A DNA stretch of 39,001 bases from Bacteroidales bacterium (GTDB lineage: Bacteria > Bacteroidota > Bacteroidia > Bacteroidales > CAIWKO01), in the NCBI GenBank assembly GCA_035389045.1, contig DAOORA010000040.1, positions 1 to 39,001 on the forward strand. The letters are read 5' to 3'. The notes beneath the pieces were generated by a model that saw only the letters and a program-made list of their open reading frames with translations, was not told where the DNA came from and ran no database searches. Below, piece after piece: positions 1 through 9,931 of the stretch. Every line of letters starts with the position of its first letter. Positions within the stretch are counted from its first letter, which is position 1. Both the position numbers and the translations under genes were made by a program.

Positions 1-144
1 AGCAAAAAAGACGCATAAAGATATGAAAAGATAAAATCAAAACAATTTCTTAGTGTTTGCTATATCTTGTTTAAACTGATGTTGAACAAAACAAATTTTA
101 CAAATTAATCATTTGAAACTCCAGATTTAAGACATTTAACTTTG

Positions 145-2418
145 ATGAAAAAGTTCTTAGCATATTTATGTTTATTATTGGGCTGTCTGATTGCTGTCCA
201 GGTCAACTGTAATGCACAGGTAGAACGGGATATAGCAATAAGCGCCTATATATACAATTTTGCCAAAAATGTTGAGTGGCAGAATGAAAATGAAATTAAA
301 GAATTCCATTTTCACGTATTAGGAGATGATAAGAGTATCATTAAAGAATTAATCAAACTTTCTGAATCAAAAAAACTCAGAAAAAAAACTATTAAAGTCA
401 CATCATCATCGCTGTTGTTAAAAGACTATAATGGTGTTCACCTTATATTCGTTACCAAAGGTAATGAAGACAAACTGGAAAAAGTCTATGACAAAATCCA
501 GGGAAAGAATATACTTTTAGTGAGCGACAGTTACAAAAACCCAGGACTGATCATGATCAACTTTTATGATTCTCAGGAGGGAAATCTTCGGTTTGAGATC
601 AATAAAGGGAATATTATCAATCACAATCTCTCCATAAAACCCGACATGATTCTGCTTGGAGGGTCAATTGTTGATGTTGCAGCATTATACGAAGAAGGGC
701 AACAAAGTTTAAGGGCGCTGCAGATAGAAATTGGTACGCTGAACAGTAATCGTGCACTACTTGAAAAAAATTTAGACACCCGGGCAAAAGAAATCGAATT
801 AAAAAGAGACAGTATCAGACAACAAACACTGAAAATCCAGGAACAATATGTAATCCTTGATGAACAGTTGCAGTTGATCAATAAGCAGAAAAATGACTTA
901 CAGGAACAGGTAAGAAAGATTGATTTACAACAACAAATCTATAACAGGCAGTCTGGTGAATTAAAAGCACAAAAAACCGAAATAGAAAAAGGAAACAAAC
1001 TGATACAAGACCATAAAAATGCTATAAACCGCCAGAAGGCTGAAATCGCTCAGCAAAAAACTGATATATTATCTCAATCGCTTATCCTTACCCGCAAAGA
1101 AGCCAAACTGCAACGCCAGCGTTATTTTTTGATACTGTTGGGCGGCATAAGCGCCCTCATCGCAGGCACTTTACTGAGTATTTTTTATGCCTACAGAAAT
1201 AAAAAGAAATTAAATAAAGAACTTGAAAAAAGGGTTCTGGATCGAACCATCGATCTCAAGGAAGCAAACAAAAAATTACAGCGGGAACTTGCAGAACGCA
1301 AACTTGCCGAAGAATCCCTTTATAAATCAGAAGAACGGTTCCGGTTGACTCTGGACAATATGCTGGAAGGCGGACAAATAATCGGATTCGACATGAGGTA
1401 TCTTTATGTCAATGATACCGTCGCTTCACAGGGGAAAAAATCTAAGGATGAGTTACTTGGCCATAAAATGACGGAGGTCTATCCCGGAATAGAAAATACG
1501 GCGGTTTTCCCCGTTATAAAAAAATGTATGAAAGATCGCACGATAGAGCACCTGGTCAACGAATTTTATTATGAAGACGGCAGTTCCCGGTTTTTCGAGT
1601 TAAGTGTTCAGCCTGTACCCGAAGGAGTTTTTATTCTTTCATTTGACATTACCGAGCGACATGTTTTTGAAAACAAAATCAAAAGACTCAATGAAGAACT
1701 TGAAGAAAAAGTTAACCTGAGAACCATACAGCTTGAAAACGCCAACCAGGAACTTGAAGCATTTGCCTACTCAGTGTCGCACGATCTGAGGGCTCCTTTG
1801 CGTGCTATAAACGGATTTACAAAAATTCTTTCCGAAGACTATTCCGAAAAAATTGATGCCGAAGGACATAGAATCTGTGGCATCATTCAGAATGAAGCCG
1901 CACGGATGGGACAACTTATTGATGACCTGCTGGCTTTCTCAAGACTCAGCAGGTCACCCATGCAAACCAGGCCTGCCGACATGACGGCACTGGTAAAAAA
2001 TGTTTTTGAAGAAACAAAAGAACAATATCCGGATAACAAAGTCGAATTTTCGTTAACACCTCTTCTGACCGCCGACGTCGATGTAAACCTGTTACGACAG
2101 GTATGGATCAATTATATATCCAATGCTTTTAAATTTTCTTCCAAAAAAGAAATCATAAAAATTCAGGTCGGCTGCTATGAAAATCCGCGTGAAAATATTT
2201 ACTTTGTAAAAGATAACGGTGCCGGATTTGATATGAAATATGCTGACAAACTTTTTGGAGTATTCCAACGCCTTCATAATATTAATGAATTCTATGGAAC
2301 CGGGGTGGGACTGGCCATAGTGCAGCGAATCATCCACCGGCATGGAGGCCGGGTGTGGGCCGAAGGTGAAATAAATAAAGGAGCAACATTTTATTTTTCA
2401 TTACCCATAAATAAATAA
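145..2418 (+). CDS. Membrane sensor histidine kinase: signal peptide, YfiR/DUF4154-like periplasmic domain, long coiled coil, one TM helix, PAS, HisKA, HATPase
   Basis: Signal peptide ends CNA-Q. AYIYNFAKNVEW and LRFEINK motifs are typical of YfiR/DUF4154. Q/E/K-rich heptads precede the TM (YFLILLGG...FYAY). H-box SVSHDLRAPLRAI, N-box YISNAFKF, DNGAGF, GTGVGLAIV. ATG at 145 preferred over TTG at 142. Confidence 0.9.
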   Translation: MKKFLAYLCLLLGCLIAVQVNCNAQVERDIAISAYIYNFAKNVEWQNENEIKEFHFHVLGDDKSIIKELIKLSESKKLRKKTIKVTSSSLLLKDYNGVHLIFVTKGNEDKLEKVYDKIQGKNILLVSDSYKNPGLIMINFYDSQEGNLRFEINKGNIINHNLSIKPDMILLGGSIVDVAALYEEGQQSLRALQIEIGTLNSNRALLEKNLDTRAKEIELKRDSIRQQTLKIQEQYVILDEQLQLINKQKNDLQEQVRKIDLQQQIYNRQSGELKAQKTEIEKGNKLIQDHKNAINRQKAEIAQQKTDILSQSLILTRKEAKLQRQRYFLILLGGISALIAGTLLSIFYAYRNKKKLNKELEKRVLDRTIDLKEANKKLQRELAERKLAEESLYKSEERFRLTLDNMLEGGQIIGFDMRYLYVNDTVASQGKKSKDELLGHKMTEVYPGIENTAVFPVIKKCMKDRTIEHLVNEFYYEDGSSRFFELSVQPVPEGVFILSFDITERHVFENKIKRLNEELEEKVNLRTIQLENANQELEAFAYSVSHDLRAPLRAINGFTKILSEDYSEKIDAEGHRICGIIQNEAARMGQLIDDLLAFSRLSRSPMQTRPADMTALVKNVFEETKEQYPDNKVEFSLTPLLTADVDVNLLRQVWINYISNAFKFSSKKEIIKIQVGCYENPRENIYFVKDNGAGFDMKYADKLFGVFQRLHNINEFYGTGVGLAIVQRIIHRHGGRVWAEGEINKGATFYFSLPINK

Positions 2419-2422
2419 TTGT

Positions 2423-2860
2423 ATGACCGGCAATATTATCGACATTTTACTTGTTGAAGACAATCCAAATGATGCTGAACTGACTCTGCGCACCCTCAAA
2501 AAGCATCATATCGCCAACACCTGTTTTGTGGTCACTGACGGTGAAGAAGCGCTGGATTTTCTTTTTCACAGAGGCAAATATGAACAAAGGGACAACAGCA
2601 CCCCACGGGTGATCTTCCTTGATATTAAACTTCCCAAAATCAACGGGCTGGAAGTATTAAAAAAAATCAAACAGGATGAACATCTGCGAAATATTCCCAT
2701 TGTGATGCTTACCTCCTCCATACAGGATCCGGACATCCAAACAGCGTATGCCCTGGGCGCCAACAGTTATGTAGTTAAGCCTGTTGACATCAACAGCTTT
2801 ACGGAAACTATAAATAACCTGGGAATGTATTGGCTCGTCGTTAATCAACCACCGAAATAA
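2423..2860 (+). CDS. Single-domain response regulator (Rcp1-like)
   Basis: LLVEDNPND, FLDIKLPK (phospho-acceptor Asp), MLTSS, GANSYVVKP and C-terminal YWL. Confidence 0.93.
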   Translation: MTGNIIDILLVEDNPNDAELTLRTLKKHHIANTCFVVTDGEEALDFLFHRGKYEQRDNSTPRVIFLDIKLPKINGLEVLKKIKQDEHLRNIPIVMLTSSIQDPDIQTAYALGANSYVVKPVDINSFTETINNLGMYWLVVNQPPK

Positions 2861-2867
2861 TTGAATC

Positions 2868-5800
2868 ATGAGTGATCATTACAAAATTCTTATTGCAGAA
2901 GACAATCCCCCTGACGCAGAACTTGCTCAGAGAGAGATCCGCCATGTACTGGCATCTGTTGAGTTTGTCGTTGTAGATACACTGGAATCTTATCTGGACG
3001 CATTACATAATTTCAAACCGGATATCGTCGTTTCTGATTTCAGCATGCCCAATTTTGACGGAATGACGGTTATTCTTGTCACTAAAAAAGAAGCCCCGCT
3101 GATTCCCGTAATTATATACACCGGTTCCCTGAATGAAGAAACCGCTGCAGAAACGGTTAAGGCCGGAGCTGTTGATTATGTGCTCAAGGAAAACAGCATC
3201 CGACTGCGGCAGGGTGTTCTTCATGCCCTGGAAATAAAACAAATATGGCTGGAAAGAAAAGCCGCCGAAGAAAAATTACGCGAAAGCGAAGAAAGGTTCA
3301 GGATACTATTTGAACAGGCTGCCGACGGAATTATCCGTGTCGATACCAACGGAAATATTGTCGACATCAACAAGAGTGGAACTGAAATAACAGGTTACAC
3401 CAGGCCGGAATTATTGAAAATGAATGTTGCAGAACTTTTTCATAAAAAAGAACTTGAAAAAAAACCTATCAGGTACGATCTGCTGAACAAAGGACATGCT
3501 GTCAAAATCGAAAGAACCATTGTAAAAAAAGACGGAAGCTACTGCGAGGTGGAGATGCATTCGAAAATGATGCCCGATAAAACCTATCAGAGCATTGTGA
3601 GGGACATCACCCTGCGGAAAAAAACCGAAAGAGAGCTCCGGGAAAGTGAAGAACGGCTGAACAATCTCATTCAGACACTGCCAGTAGGGGTTGTTATTCA
3701 CACCAACGGATCGGTTGTTTTTACTAATGAAACTTCCGTTAATATTATGGAAGGCCACAAAGATATGGATGTTACAGGCCTGAACATATATGATTTTATA
3801 CATCCCGACTTCAGGGAAAAGGCTTCACAAAGAATAAGGGATTCATTATCAGAAAAAACACAAACCGAACAACTAGAGCAGGTTTTTCTGACTTTTTCGG
3901 GCAAGCCTGTACCTGTTGAAGTTAAAAGTCTGCCTTTAATGTATAAAGGGATACCTTCTGTATTAACAATATTCAGCGACATCTCAGAACGTAAACAAGC
4001 AGAAAAACTTCTGAAAGAATCAGAAGCCAAATACCGGACTATATTTGAAACCACTGGAACTGCAACAATCATTATCGAAGAGGACACAACCATTTCCCTG
4101 GTGAATACGAAATTTGCCGAGCTTACAGGCCTTCCTAAAAATGAGATTGAAAATAAAAAAAGCTGGACAGAATTTGTTGTTCCTGAAGATCTTGACCAGA
4201 TGGTGAAAATGCATAAACTCAGAAGAACCCATCCGTCTGAAGCGCTCAGGTCATATGAATTCAGGTTCATAGATGTACATGGCACAATTAAAAATATCCT
4301 GCTCCACATCGACATTATTCCGGGTACCAAAAAAAGTATCGCTTCCCTGCTGGATTTTACCGACCGTAAAAAAGCTGAGGAAGATCTCAGAAAAAACCGC
4401 ATGTTGCTGCGCACCATGATTGATTCATTTCCTATGTGGCTTTCTGCGGTGACTCCCGACGGCAACTATTTTATTGCCAACAAGTACTACTCCGAAACAT
4501 TTAAAATTCCACTGGAACAAATTGAAGGCCATAATTTCAAGGATTTCTTCCCTCCCGCTGTGCATGCTCACCACAAAAAACTACTCAATAAATGTGTAAG
4601 CACAAGGAAACCTGTCGAAGTAACGGATGAGATTGAATTTGAAAAAGGAGTTATTACATATCTGATAGGAAGCTATACTCCTTTGTTTGACGCAGATGGA
4701 AACTTATATGGGATCAGCTCAGCAGCTCTGGATATCACCAGGCAGAAACAGGCCGAAATACTTCTGCAGGAATCCGAAGCCAAATACCGTTCTTTCTTTG
4801 AAAATACAGGTACGGCCATAGCCATCAGTGAAGAAGACACCACCCTCTCGCTTGTCAATTCAAAATATGCCGAACTGGTCGGGCTACCCAAAGAAGAAAT
4901 TGAAAACAAGAAAAAATTCACAGACTTCATGGTTGAGGAAGATCTGGAAGATACGGTGAAAACTCACAGAATCCGTATAAAAGACCCTTCAAAAGCTCCA
5001 AAAGTATACGAACTCCGGTTTAAAAACGCCAGGCATGAAGTCAGAAATGTATTGGTTTACACTGACCTTATCCCGGGTACACAGAAAAGTCTGGCATCCC
5101 TACTGGATATTACCGATCGAAAAAAAGCCGAAAATTTATTAAAGGAAAGCGAATCACGGTTCAGGACAACATTTGAAAATGCTCCCATCGGAATGTCCCT
5201 GAATCACATTTCAGGAAAATTTTTTCAATCGAACCAGGCTTTCTGCGCCATGCTTGGTTATACGCAGCAAGAATTACTGAATTATGATTTTTGTAATATT
5301 ACCCATCCTGATGATATAGAATCAAGCAGACTCTTTATCCGGAAAGTGCTTGAGGATAAAGGAAATCCTTCTCATATCGAAAAAAGGTACATCAGAAAAG
5401 ACGGATCGGTAATCTGGGTGATCACCTCCGCTTCGGTTCTGACAGATATTAATGAAAAACCCATATTCTTCATCATTCAGGTTCTTGATATTACGGAACA
5501 AAAACTCACCGAACAAAAACTCAAGGAAGCCAAAAATCAGCTTGAGCTTGTTTTTGATAATGGTCCCGATGCCATATTATTGACACAGGTAGATGATGGT
5601 TTATACATTGATTCAAATAAAACATTTACCAAATATACCGGTTATACCCCTGATGATCTCAGTGGAAAATCCACCCTTGATATTGATATCTGGTATAACC
5701 CCCAAGACAGGGATAAATTGCTACAGGAGGTGCGCAGCAAGGGCTACTGTCACAACCTGGAACTAATTGTAAAAAATAAAGACGGTACTTTAAGGCCTAT

Positions 5801-6641
5801 TGAAATGTCAACCGAAGTGATCATTATAAGAGGGAGACCATGCTTACTGAGCATTTCACGCGATATCGCCGAGCGAAAAAAAATGGAAGAATTACTGGTA
5901 AAACAAAATAAAGAACTGCATCAGCTTAATGCAACCAAAGACCGGTTTTTCTCTATTATAGCCCACGACCTTAAAGATCCTCATAATGCCATAATAGGGT
6001 TTTCCCAGATACTTTCCGAAAATTATGACCTGCTTTCGGAACAGGACAGAAAAAACTATATAAAAAACATACTCCTGTCATCACAGTCACTGGCACGTTT
6101 GCTTCAAAACCTGCTCGAATGGGCCGGCTCGCAAACAGGTAGAATGATCTATAATCCTGAAACACTGGACTTGACCAGCTTAATAAATGAAACCATTAAT
6201 CTTTTACAATACCAGGCAAAAATAAAACAGATACGGCTGATTTCGGACACTGAACCGGTACTAAGCGTTTTTGCCGATGTAAATATGACCAGAACAGTAC
6301 TTAGAAATCTCGTTTCAAATGCTATTAAATTTACGCACCGCAATGGTTTTGTTAAAATCTCTGCTTACAAAATCCAGTCCGGACAGGAACCCGTTGTTAG
6401 TTTTGTTGAAATTTCCGTGACCGATAACGGAGTCGGAATAAGTAAAGAGAACCTGGAAAAACTGTTCATGCTCGACCATAAAGTCAAAACCCATGGAACA
6501 GAAGAGGAAATGGGCAGCGGCCTCGGACTTATTCTTTGTAAAGAACTGGTTGGAAAAAATAAAGGATATATGAACATAACCAGTGAAGAAAATGTCGGAA
6601 GCACTGTTTCATTCACTTTACCTGAAAAAAATACTGACTGA
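2868..6641 (+). CDS. Cytoplasmic hybrid kinase: REC, 7 PAS domains, HisKA, HATPase
   Basis: N-terminal REC (AEDN, SDFSMP). Seven PAS units each close with a D(I/F)(T/S/A)xxK linker. H-box IAHDLKDP, LVSNAIKF, DNGVG, GSGLGL. No TM helix. Confidence 0.92.
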   Translation: MSDHYKILIAEDNPPDAELAQREIRHVLASVEFVVVDTLESYLDALHNFKPDIVVSDFSMPNFDGMTVILVTKKEAPLIPVIIYTGSLNEETAAETVKAGAVDYVLKENSIRLRQGVLHALEIKQIWLERKAAEEKLRESEERFRILFEQAADGIIRVDTNGNIVDINKSGTEITGYTRPELLKMNVAELFHKKELEKKPIRYDLLNKGHAVKIERTIVKKDGSYCEVEMHSKMMPDKTYQSIVRDITLRKKTERELRESEERLNNLIQTLPVGVVIHTNGSVVFTNETSVNIMEGHKDMDVTGLNIYDFIHPDFREKASQRIRDSLSEKTQTEQLEQVFLTFSGKPVPVEVKSLPLMYKGIPSVLTIFSDISERKQAEKLLKESEAKYRTIFETTGTATIIIEEDTTISLVNTKFAELTGLPKNEIENKKSWTEFVVPEDLDQMVKMHKLRRTHPSEALRSYEFRFIDVHGTIKNILLHIDIIPGTKKSIASLLDFTDRKKAEEDLRKNRMLLRTMIDSFPMWLSAVTPDGNYFIANKYYSETFKIPLEQIEGHNFKDFFPPAVHAHHKKLLNKCVSTRKPVEVTDEIEFEKGVITYLIGSYTPLFDADGNLYGISSAALDITRQKQAEILLQESEAKYRSFFENTGTAIAISEEDTTLSLVNSKYAELVGLPKEEIENKKKFTDFMVEEDLEDTVKTHRIRIKDPSKAPKVYELRFKNARHEVRNVLVYTDLIPGTQKSLASLLDITDRKKAENLLKESESRFRTTFENAPIGMSLNHISGKFFQSNQAFCAMLGYTQQELLNYDFCNITHPDDIESSRLFIRKVLEDKGNPSHIEKRYIRKDGSVIWVITSASVLTDINEKPIFFIIQVLDITEQKLTEQKLKEAKNQLELVFDNGPDAILLTQVDDGLYIDSNKTFTKYTGYTPDDLSGKSTLDIDIWYNPQDRDKLLQEVRSKGYCHNLELIVKNKDGTLRPIEMSTEVIIIRGRPCLLSISRDIAERKKMEELLVKQNKELHQLNATKDRFFSIIAHDLKDPHNAIIGFSQILSENYDLLSEQDRKNYIKNILLSSQSLARLLQNLLEWAGSQTGRMIYNPETLDLTSLINETINLLQYQAKIKQIRLISDTEPVLSVFADVNMTRTVLRNLVSNAIKFTHRNGFVKISAYKIQSGQEPVVSFVEISVTDNGVGISKENLEKLFMLDHKVKTHGTEEEMGSGLGLILCKELVGKNKGYMNITSEENVGSTVSFTLPEKNTD

Positions 6642-9600
6642 TGAAATTCGAATTTTCAAAAAAAAGTGAGCTGGAAAAAATGCTCGCTGACCTGAAAGAC
6701 CATTTTTCTAAAGGAACACTATTGATTGATGAACCTTTACCAGAATATACCCTCCCGCTTTCTTATTCTGACCTGCCCGACCCTGTAAAAAAGTTTTTTA
6801 AAGACAATGCTGTTGATCCATACCGGATTTTAGATGATCTCCCGGTTCCCTTTTTTATCAAAGATAGCAACTGCAGATGGTTTTATGTAAATAAAGCTTT
6901 TTGCAGGTTTTTCGACATTGATCTCGCTGCCATTTACCAAAAAACAAGCCATGCGATTTTTCCAAAAATTGAAGCAGAAATGTTTTTGGAACAGGACCGC
7001 AGGGTACTGAATACAGGTGAAGATTCAACCCTTGAAGGAGATTTTATTTCTATAAAAGGATTTACCCGAGTGATTTTAACAACAAAATCCCTGTTTTATG
7101 ATGTAAACGATATTCCTTATCTGATAGGAACTTTTAACGAAATCACCAGCTTTAAAGATATGGAGAAATCCATACGGCAGGAAAAAACCATGCTCGAATC
7201 TCAGGTAATAGCACGAACTGAACTACTGACGGCTACTATTGAAAAACTTCAGGATGAAATAGGACAACGCATAAAAACCGAACAGGCTTTGATCCAGGAG
7301 GAAGATAAATTTAGGAGTGTCATCGAACAGGCGACCGAAGGTATCGTTTTGAACGACTACAAAGGAAGAATTATTGAATGGAATGACAGCCTGAGTAAAA
7401 TAACCGGAATTACCAAAGAATATGCTATTGGTAAATATATGTGGGATGTTGAATTTCAGTTGATGAGGCCGGAAAAAAAGTCCGGGGATTTTTATCAAAT
7501 ACTTCGTGCCAGAGTCTTAGAAACGTTAACAAATGAAAATATCCCCGCCAATATTAAGTACATTGAGGGAGAAATTATCCGAACCGACGGAACCCTCAAA
7601 TATGTCAATCTGACTTCTTTTCTGATCAAAACTTCAAATGCTGTTTACATTGGTCGGATTATCAGAGATATTACCGAAAAGAAAAAAACAGAGTTGGCAA
7701 TTATGCAGTCAGAGGCCCAGTATCGGGCAATATTTGAAAACTCAAGCGTAGTGATCCTGATTATCGATCCTGAGAGTTACAAAATCCTGACAGCCAACAT
7801 CAAAGCAGCCGAAGTATACGGTTACCCCCTCGACCAGTTCACGGGTATGCCGATGGCACAAATAACCAAAGATTTTTCACATGACTGCCTTCAGATTGAT
7901 CAAATAATAAATTTTGATGAAACTAAAATCTCCGAAACCATACATATCTCAAGAAAAGGAGATGAAATCAACATACTGGTCAACGGTTCGACGGTTGAAT
8001 ATGAGGGGAAAAAAGCAATCATGAACTTCTACCGCGATGTAACGGAACTGAAACAGGCCGAAAAAGCGCGCGAAACAGTGTATAAGATTTCACAACTCAC
8101 GCATACCATAGAAAAAACGGATGACCTGTACAAATCCATTCATAAGATCATCAACGAGATACTCCCGGCCAGAAATTTTTATATTGCCCTTTATGATGAA
8201 GCAAAAGATACCATTTCTTTCCCTTATTACATAGACGAGAAAGACACACCGCCCGGTTCCCGGAGACTCAGAAGAGGGCTTACTGAATATGTCTTAAGAC
8301 ATGGAAAACCTGTTCTGACCAATCAGAAAATCCTGCAGCAACTTGAGATGTCGGGCGAGATAGAAGTCATTGGCTCCGATACGGACACCTGGCTCGGAGC
8401 GCCTTTGGTCACACATAGCAAAGTCATCGGGGTTCTTGCCGTACAAAGTTATTCAGAGGAGGTAAAATTTTCTGAAAAAGAAAAAGACCTGCTGGTTTTT
8501 GTCTCGGAACAAATTGCACACCAGATCTATAAACGACAAGCCGAAGAAGAAATACTTCGCGGTAAGGCAAGAGCTGAAGAATCAGACCGCCTGAAAACGG
8601 CACTGATAGCCAACATGAACCATGACCTGCGGACACCGATGACCGGAATACTTGGGTTTTCTTCCCTGCTGAAAAACAAAGTAAAAGATCCCGAGATGAT
8701 GAGCATGGTTGACACCATCATTGAATCGGGAAACAAACTGATGTCTACGATCAATTCCATCCTCCAGTTATCCCAGCTTGAAGCAAGCCAGAAACAAGTT
8801 GATATCGTCAACGGAGACCTGAATAAATTTGCCGATATGTCGCTTCAGCAATTTGAAGCCAAAGCAAAACTGAAAAATCTCTATATTGTCAGGCAATATC
8901 ACGACATAGCTTATGCCTCTTTTAACGAAAGTTATTTATTACAGGTGCTTAACAACCTGATTACCAACGCCATATCCTATACCGAAAAGGGTGGAGTCAC
9001 GATAAAAACAGGTTACACCTCTTATGAAGGAGCAGAATACGCTTTTATTAGCATTGCCGACACCGGTATCGGAATAGCTGAAGAAAATTTCTGCATGATC
9101 TTCCAGGAATTCAGACAGGTCAGCGAAGGCCTGAACAGGAGATATGACGGAAGCGGTCTTGGATTATCTCTTTGTAAAAAAATGACAGAACTTATGAACG
9201 GTAAAATAATTGTTGAAAGCACACTTGGAAAGGGATCTGTATTTACCGTTCTGATGCCTGCCGCACAACAGCTAAGCCCTGCAAAATATGCCGCTCACAA
9301 CGAAAAGAAACCATTCAAACCAGGACATTTAAAAAAAATAAAATACAAAGTCCTTGTTGTTGAAGATAATAAAATCAACGGCGAGCTCCTGAATGCCATA
9401 CTGAAACAGGATTATGAGGTTGACATCGCAAAAACCGGGAATCTTGCCATCGAACTGGTAAAAAGAGGTGAGTACGACATCGTATTGATGGATATTAACC
9501 TGGGAACCGGAATGTCAGGAATCCAGGCGGCCAAAGAAATACACAGAATCAAACGTGAACTGCCGCTGATTGCAATGACGGCCTTTTCTACGGAGAAAGA

Positions 9601-9709
9601 AATCGATCAAATCATGAAACACGATTTTATAGGCTTTGTTTTAAAACCTATTGATAAAACATCACTTTTCAAAGTGCTTGATAAATCAATACCAAAAAAA
9701 ATCAAATAA
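6641..9709 (+). CDS. Cytoplasmic hybrid kinase: 3 PAS, GAF, HisKA, HATPase, REC
   Basis: PAS linkers; GAF (NFYIALYDE, RGLTEYVLR, IGVLAVQSY); H-box NMNHDLRTP; DTGIG; GSGLGL; C-terminal REC (VVEDN, LMDINL). The start overlaps the upstream stop (TGATG). Confidence 0.92.
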   Translation: MKFEFSKKSELEKMLADLKDHFSKGTLLIDEPLPEYTLPLSYSDLPDPVKKFFKDNAVDPYRILDDLPVPFFIKDSNCRWFYVNKAFCRFFDIDLAAIYQKTSHAIFPKIEAEMFLEQDRRVLNTGEDSTLEGDFISIKGFTRVILTTKSLFYDVNDIPYLIGTFNEITSFKDMEKSIRQEKTMLESQVIARTELLTATIEKLQDEIGQRIKTEQALIQEEDKFRSVIEQATEGIVLNDYKGRIIEWNDSLSKITGITKEYAIGKYMWDVEFQLMRPEKKSGDFYQILRARVLETLTNENIPANIKYIEGEIIRTDGTLKYVNLTSFLIKTSNAVYIGRIIRDITEKKKTELAIMQSEAQYRAIFENSSVVILIIDPESYKILTANIKAAEVYGYPLDQFTGMPMAQITKDFSHDCLQIDQIINFDETKISETIHISRKGDEINILVNGSTVEYEGKKAIMNFYRDVTELKQAEKARETVYKISQLTHTIEKTDDLYKSIHKIINEILPARNFYIALYDEAKDTISFPYYIDEKDTPPGSRRLRRGLTEYVLRHGKPVLTNQKILQQLEMSGEIEVIGSDTDTWLGAPLVTHSKVIGVLAVQSYSEEVKFSEKEKDLLVFVSEQIAHQIYKRQAEEEILRGKARAEESDRLKTALIANMNHDLRTPMTGILGFSSLLKNKVKDPEMMSMVDTIIESGNKLMSTINSILQLSQLEASQKQVDIVNGDLNKFADMSLQQFEAKAKLKNLYIVRQYHDIAYASFNESYLLQVLNNLITNAISYTEKGGVTIKTGYTSYEGAEYAFISIADTGIGIAEENFCMIFQEFRQVSEGLNRRYDGSGLGLSLCKKMTELMNGKIIVESTLGKGSVFTVLMPAAQQLSPAKYAAHNEKKPFKPGHLKKIKYKVLVVEDNKINGELLNAILKQDYEVDIAKTGNLAIELVKRGEYDIVLMDINLGTGMSGIQAAKEIHRIKRELPLIAMTAFSTEKEIDQIMKHDFIGFVLKPIDKTSLFKVLDKSIPKKIK

Positions 9710-9741
9710 TAGGAACAGTTTGAATCAGATTTATATAATTA

Positions 9742-9931
9742 GAGTCTGAGCGGAAACTCAGTGTCTGAATCGAAAAGTTCAGTTTCGAGGCCTGTCTGAC
9801 TGGCCAGCCAGGCAGGCTTGCGAAGCGACAAAAAGCGGAGTTTACTGGGGTAAATGCGTCGTGCTGAGTTTATCGAAGCAAGCATTTTTGGAGCAAGCGT
9901 AACGAAGAAAATGGAGTTTTCGTTCAGACAC
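9742..9931. mobile_element. MITE-like non-autonomous element with nested small repeats
   Basis: Left end GAGTCTGAGCGGAAACTC matches the reverse complement of the right end (GTGTCTGAACGAAAACTC) at 15/18. TAATTA flanks both sides (9736-9741, 9932-9937). GC-rich, no ORF, lies between convergent genes. Confidence 0.72.
9791..9816. repeat. 26-bp REP-like palindrome CCTGTCTGACTGGCCAGCCAGGCAGG
   Basis: 11 of 13 pairs are complementary. Arms resemble the CTGCCTGA..TCAGGCAG unit at 38794-38819. Confidence 0.7.

Noticed and set aside
67..89. Imperfect palindrome TTGTTTAAAC-tgat-GTTGAACAA upstream of the kinase operon
   Set aside because: AT-rich and imperfect; cannot be distinguished from chance or from an upstream terminator without comparative data.
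3698..4465. 255-aa antisense ORF and the many shorter antisense or overlapping ORFs in the track
   Set aside because: They lie opposite or inside well-supported genes and have no recognisable motifs; treated as shadow ORFs.
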